A stretch of 64,000 bases of DNA, from the IMG/VR virus record IMGVR_UViG_3300006358_000003. One strand, written 5' to 3'. The notes beneath the pieces are model-generated. The model worked only from the letters and a program-made list of their open reading frames with translations, was not told the DNA's origin and ran no database searches. A program made the position numbers and the translations under genes. Positions 61,388 to 64,000 of this stretch are shown here, one piece after another. This stretch comes from an uncultured virus (IMG/VR IMGVR_UViG_3300006358_000003). Taxonomy: Duplodnaviria; Heunggongvirae; Uroviricota; Caudoviricetes. Position 1 is the first letter of the stretch. Every line of letters begins with the position of its first letter.

Positions 61388-61942
61388 ATGGCAAGCAACG
61401 AATTTGCAGGCAGCCTGTATCGCAACCAAGAAGCCATGGTGGACGCGATTGCGTATGCGTGGCTCGGGAGCGGCGGGATTTGCGGGGATGCAGAGCGGAA
61501 AATCCTGACTGAGATGACCGACGAACAGCTTGCGGCCGAGTGCATCCAGGGTTGGGAGTTGGATCAGCGGTCGGGCGAGAAGGAATGGGAAGACCCGGCG
61601 GACGAGGACAGCGCCGAGGTTGAGTGCGCTGACAGCCACATGGAGGAGCAGGGTTACGACCGGGAGGATTTGGTCATTGCGTTCGCCAAGCTGCGGGAGA
61701 AGCTGCTTGCGGTGACTGTCGAGCAGTATGCGCCTGACGGGCATGAGCCTCCTGCCAGCGACCTGTTCCGCGCTGATTGTGCGACGGTCGAGGAAGCCCG
61801 CGCTGTAATCCGGCAACGGATAGGGGTGCATTTCGATAGCCCGGACTGCCGCTGGTACTGCCCCGAGGATGGGGTGATCGAGGCTTACAACGAGAACGGC
61901 CACGCCGGGTGCGGCGGCTACGTCATTCGCGGGGAGGGCTGA
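61388..61942 (+). CDS. Highly acidic protein (moron cluster)
   Basis: GGAG RBS; many D/E residues. Confidence 0.7.
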   Translation: MASNEFAGSLYRNQEAMVDAIAYAWLGSGGICGDAERKILTEMTDEQLAAECIQGWELDQRSGEKEWEDPADEDSAEVECADSHMEEQGYDREDLVIAFAKLREKLLAVTVEQYAPDGHEPPASDLFRADCATVEEARAVIRQRIGVHFDSPDCRWYCPEDGVIEAYNENGHAGCGGYVIRGEG

Positions 61943-61945
61943 CCG

Positions 61946-62158
61946 ATGAGAGCCAAACACCGAGTTATCGAACGCTTCCCAGACGCGCGCCTCGTGGCGA
62001 TTGATTACTGGGAGGATGGTTCTCCGCGCTACCAGCGCGTAGTCACGGGTGGGGAATGGGACACGACAATTCTGGACGTTCACGACTGGGATGGTCAGCA
62101 GGGCGCGACTGCCGCATGGCGCAGCGCACATTCCTGGTGCAAGAGACACCCGGCATGA
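61946..62158 (+). CDS. Hypothetical protein (moron cluster)
   Basis: GGAGG RBS. Confidence 0.6.
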   Translation: MRAKHRVIERFPDARLVAIDYWEDGSPRYQRVVTGGEWDTTILDVHDWDGQQGATAAWRSAHSWCKRHPA

Positions 62159-62355
62159 CCGCGCCCGAGTTCCGTGCTGCGTTGGGCCGCGTTGGTGAGA
62201 GCCAGCGCGGTTTTGCGCGTTTGGTTGGCGTGGACGAGCGCACGGTGCGGCGGTGGGTTGCTGGCGCGGCGGAGGTGCCGCTGTGGGTGCCGCTGCTGCT
62301 CGGGCTGATGGAGCGTTCATCCGACCCTTCCCGCGCCGGGGCCGTGGGCGTCTAG
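62155..62355 (+). CDS. Small XRE-type HTH protein
   Basis: MTAPEFRAAL..SQRGFARLVGVDERTVRRW..VP. Confidence 0.85.
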   Translation: MTAPEFRAALGRVGESQRGFARLVGVDERTVRRWVAGAAEVPLWVPLLLGLMERSSDPSRAGAVGV

Positions 62356-62715
62356 CCTGTAGGCGTCGGCCCAGTCCGGATTGCGGGCGGCGTCCTCGGC
62401 TGCCTCGCGGGTGGGATACGACCAGCCGTCCAGGGTGCCATCCTCGGTAACGACGATCCACCGGCCATGCCGTTCGGCTACATGCCTCGTGCCGGGGCTG
62501 TGAGCGTCGCTGGCGGCGTCTAGCGTCTGCCCGCTATCCGATAACCTGGGAGCGCCCTGGCCGCCCTGTAGCGCGCTCTGAGGGGCGGCGTGGGCCTCGG
62601 CGTCGATGGCGTGGCGTGCGTCGATGATCGGCTGCCTGAGTGCGTCCGGCAGGTCGAACACCGCCAGCAGCGCATCGGCGACGAGGAGGAGCAGCAGGCG
62701 CTCGGCTTCGGTCAT
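62317..62715 (-). CDS. Hypothetical protein
   Basis: MTEAERLLLLLVA; ATGA coupling. Confidence 0.6.
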   Translation of the reverse strand: MTEAERLLLLLVADALLAVFDLPDALRQPIIDARHAIDAEAHAAPQSALQGGQGAPRLSDSGQTLDAASDAHSPGTRHVAERHGRWIVVTEDGTLDGWSYPTREAAEDAARNPDWADAYRLDAHGPGAGRVG

Positions 62716-62936
62716 CTCCGCGCTCCGTTGCGAGCATCGCGTAGGTTCGAGAGCCAGTCAGCCTCGTGCCAGGTTTCGACGCCATCGACGCGCCGCTTGA
62801 TGTCGAGCGTGTTGCGCGGGTGCAGTTCGTCCAGCAGGTCGCGACCATCGACGTGCGAGAACGTGGCCAACGCCATGGCGTCGAAGCGGCGCACCTTCTC
62901 CTCGGGCGATAGGTCGAGGAACTCGGCTTCGGTCAC
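62712..62936 (-). CDS. Hypothetical protein
   Basis: AGGAG RBS; GTG start. Confidence 0.6.
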   Translation of the reverse strand: MTEAEFLDLSPEEKVRRFDAMALATFSHVDGRDLLDELHPRNTLDIKRRVDGVETWHEADWLSNLRDARNGARR

Positions 62937-62963
62937 GGTGCGGCTCCTGCGTCGGGGTGGGTC

Positions 62964-63136
62964 GCGTCAATTCCTGCGTCAATTCCTGCGTCAATTCCGG
63001 GCGTTGTGCCTGCCATGTTGGGGGGCAGCGGGGATGGCTGCGTCAATTTTACAGGGCCTTTAGGCCCTGAATTGACGCACCCCGCCCCCCGGCGGCCCAA
63101 CGCTGCGTCAATTATGCTGCAATTATGCGTCAATTC
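62964..63136. repeat. Iteron array GCGTCAATT (7 copies) with central palindrome; putative replication origin
   Basis: Copies at 62964, 62976, 62988, 63040, 63070 (inverted), 63105, 63127; CAGGGCCT-TT-AGGCCCTG at 63052-63069. Confidence 0.85.
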
Positions 63137-63141
63137 TCGGG

Positions 63142-64000
63142 TCATTGATGCGGTCTCTTTCCGTCGTTGACGCGGACGCCAGTGCGGGCATTGCGGTGCT
63201 CATCCTTGAACGCCTCGCGGTAGAGCAGCCCGGACTTAAGCCACTCTCCGATCATGTGACTTGCCTGCTTCTCGCCCATGCCGAGGTCAACCAGGACCTG
63301 GCCGGCCCACCTCGAGTTGTCGCGGCCGGCGCGTGTCGGAGAGTAGAGCCAGCCAGCGGGCGGCGTAGCGATAATGTCGAGGGCTTCGTTCAGTTGTACG
63401 CCGGTCAGCTTCACGTCCACGACGGGGGGAGACCAGACTGCAACGGCTGCTACGTTGTCGCCGTTTGGGTAGAGACCTTTGCCGTTTCCCAGGGCTTGCT
63501 GGGCCAGCCTGAACCAGCGCGCCTTCCCGGCGGGGGCCATGTTGCGCTTGGCATCGTCCAGCCTGACGTACTGCCAGCGGTCCTCCTCAGAGACGCCGAA
63601 CAGATCGCCGTCTTCCTTCGTCATGGGGGAAAGCAGGAGGCCGACACGCGAGCTGTCGGTCAGGGCCTTGGCGCCGCGGGCGGCGTCAATGCCTGACGCC
63701 TCCCCCTTGCGGACGTGATGGACCAGTAGGATCGCAGCATCGGTGGCGCGGGCCACCCGGCGCCATGCCGCGGCGGCTTTGACCATCTGGGGGTTGTTGT
63801 TCTCCTCGAGCGAGTGGCTTTCGGCGAACGGGTCGCAGATGATCAGGCCGATGTTGTTCGCCTTAACCTGCTCGATCATGGCGGCTTCGTCGGGGTGGAT
63901 GATTGTGTATCCGTCATCACCGACTGCCGCCATGGTTAGGCCGCGGCCTTCGCTGTCGTCCAGGAACAGGTGCCCGTCGAGGTCGGGGCGGGCGATGTGG
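63142..64000 (-). CDS. AAA_25/RepA-type replicative helicase, C-terminal part (5' end outside the window)
   Basis: LIICDPF (Walker B), ENNN..M, LLVHHVRK, ARGAKAL..R, KRN. Confidence 0.85.
   Translation of the reverse strand, partial: HIARPDLDGHLFLDDSEGRGLTMAAVGDDGYTIIHPDEAAMIEQVKANNIGLIICDPFAESHSLEENNNPQMVKAAAAWRRVARATDAAILLVHHVRKGEASGIDAARGAKALTDSSRVGLLLSPMTKEDGDLFGVSEEDRWQYVRLDDAKRNMAPAGKARWFRLAQQALGNGKGLYPNGDNVAAVAVWSPPVVDVKLTGVQLNEALDIIATPPAGWLYSPTRAGRDNSRWAGQVLVDLGMGEKQASHMIGEWLKSGLLYREAFKDEHRNARTGVRVNDGKRPHQ

Larger units (their letters stand above)
1..64000. mobile_element. Tailed bacteriophage genome (podovirus-like, temperate-type immunity region), nearly complete; probable alphaproteobacterial host
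   Basis: Terminase, portal, capsid, tail nozzle, ejection proteins, cro/cI and helicase in coherent order; no host housekeeping genes; no tape measure or sheath gene. Confidence 0.95.

Noticed and set aside
62964..62999. Tandem repeats considered as a CRISPR array
   Set aside because: 12-bp units with no spacers and no cas genes.
62933..63145. 70-aa ORF with GIDAGIDAGIDA repeat
   Set aside because: The peptide repeat simply reflects the DNA iterons; coding status is unsupported, though not excluded.
1..64000. tRNA, rRNA, integrase, intron/intein or recoded stop codons
   Set aside because: None recognised by eye; the large genes are intact in the standard code. A tRNAscan/Infernal run would be needed to exclude RNA genes.

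Overview
The window is almost entirely one high-GC tailed-phage genome with podovirus-like, P22/pelagiphage-style architecture. The host is probably an alphaproteobacterium, based on a GcrA-like gene and DUF3309-like proteins. Left end (1-8.0 kb): a lambdoid immunity region (divergent cro/cI with five matching operators), early small genes and a YqaJ exonuclease. From about 60.9 kb leftwards to 8.0 kb runs a long minus-strand late region: TerS, TerL, portal, GroES, scaffold, capsid, adaptors, tail nozzle, a lysis-like cassette, GNATs, ejection proteins including a 3042-aa polyvalent protein, several fibres/spikes and a second lysis-like cassette. It is interrupted by an HNH-AP2 endonuclease, an EndoVII endonuclease and a plus-strand moron; a second plus-strand moron lies at 61.0-62.4 kb. 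Right end: an iteron origin and a partial AAA_25/RepA helicase. No integrase, tRNA, CRISPR array or reverse transcriptase was seen. Most unusual signals: (1) a recurrent [RFYM]-x-x-G-G motif that punctuates several putative internal virion proteins, one of which looks like a polyprotein carrying a HiPIP-type 4Fe-4S module; (2) fibre-like and chaperone-like late proteins with Sec signal peptides that have signal-less counterparts; (3) F[AS][RK]R linkers bracketing the modules of the giant protein; (4) a triple-hairpin leader upstream of the capsid genes. All family calls come from motif recognition by eye, not database searches.
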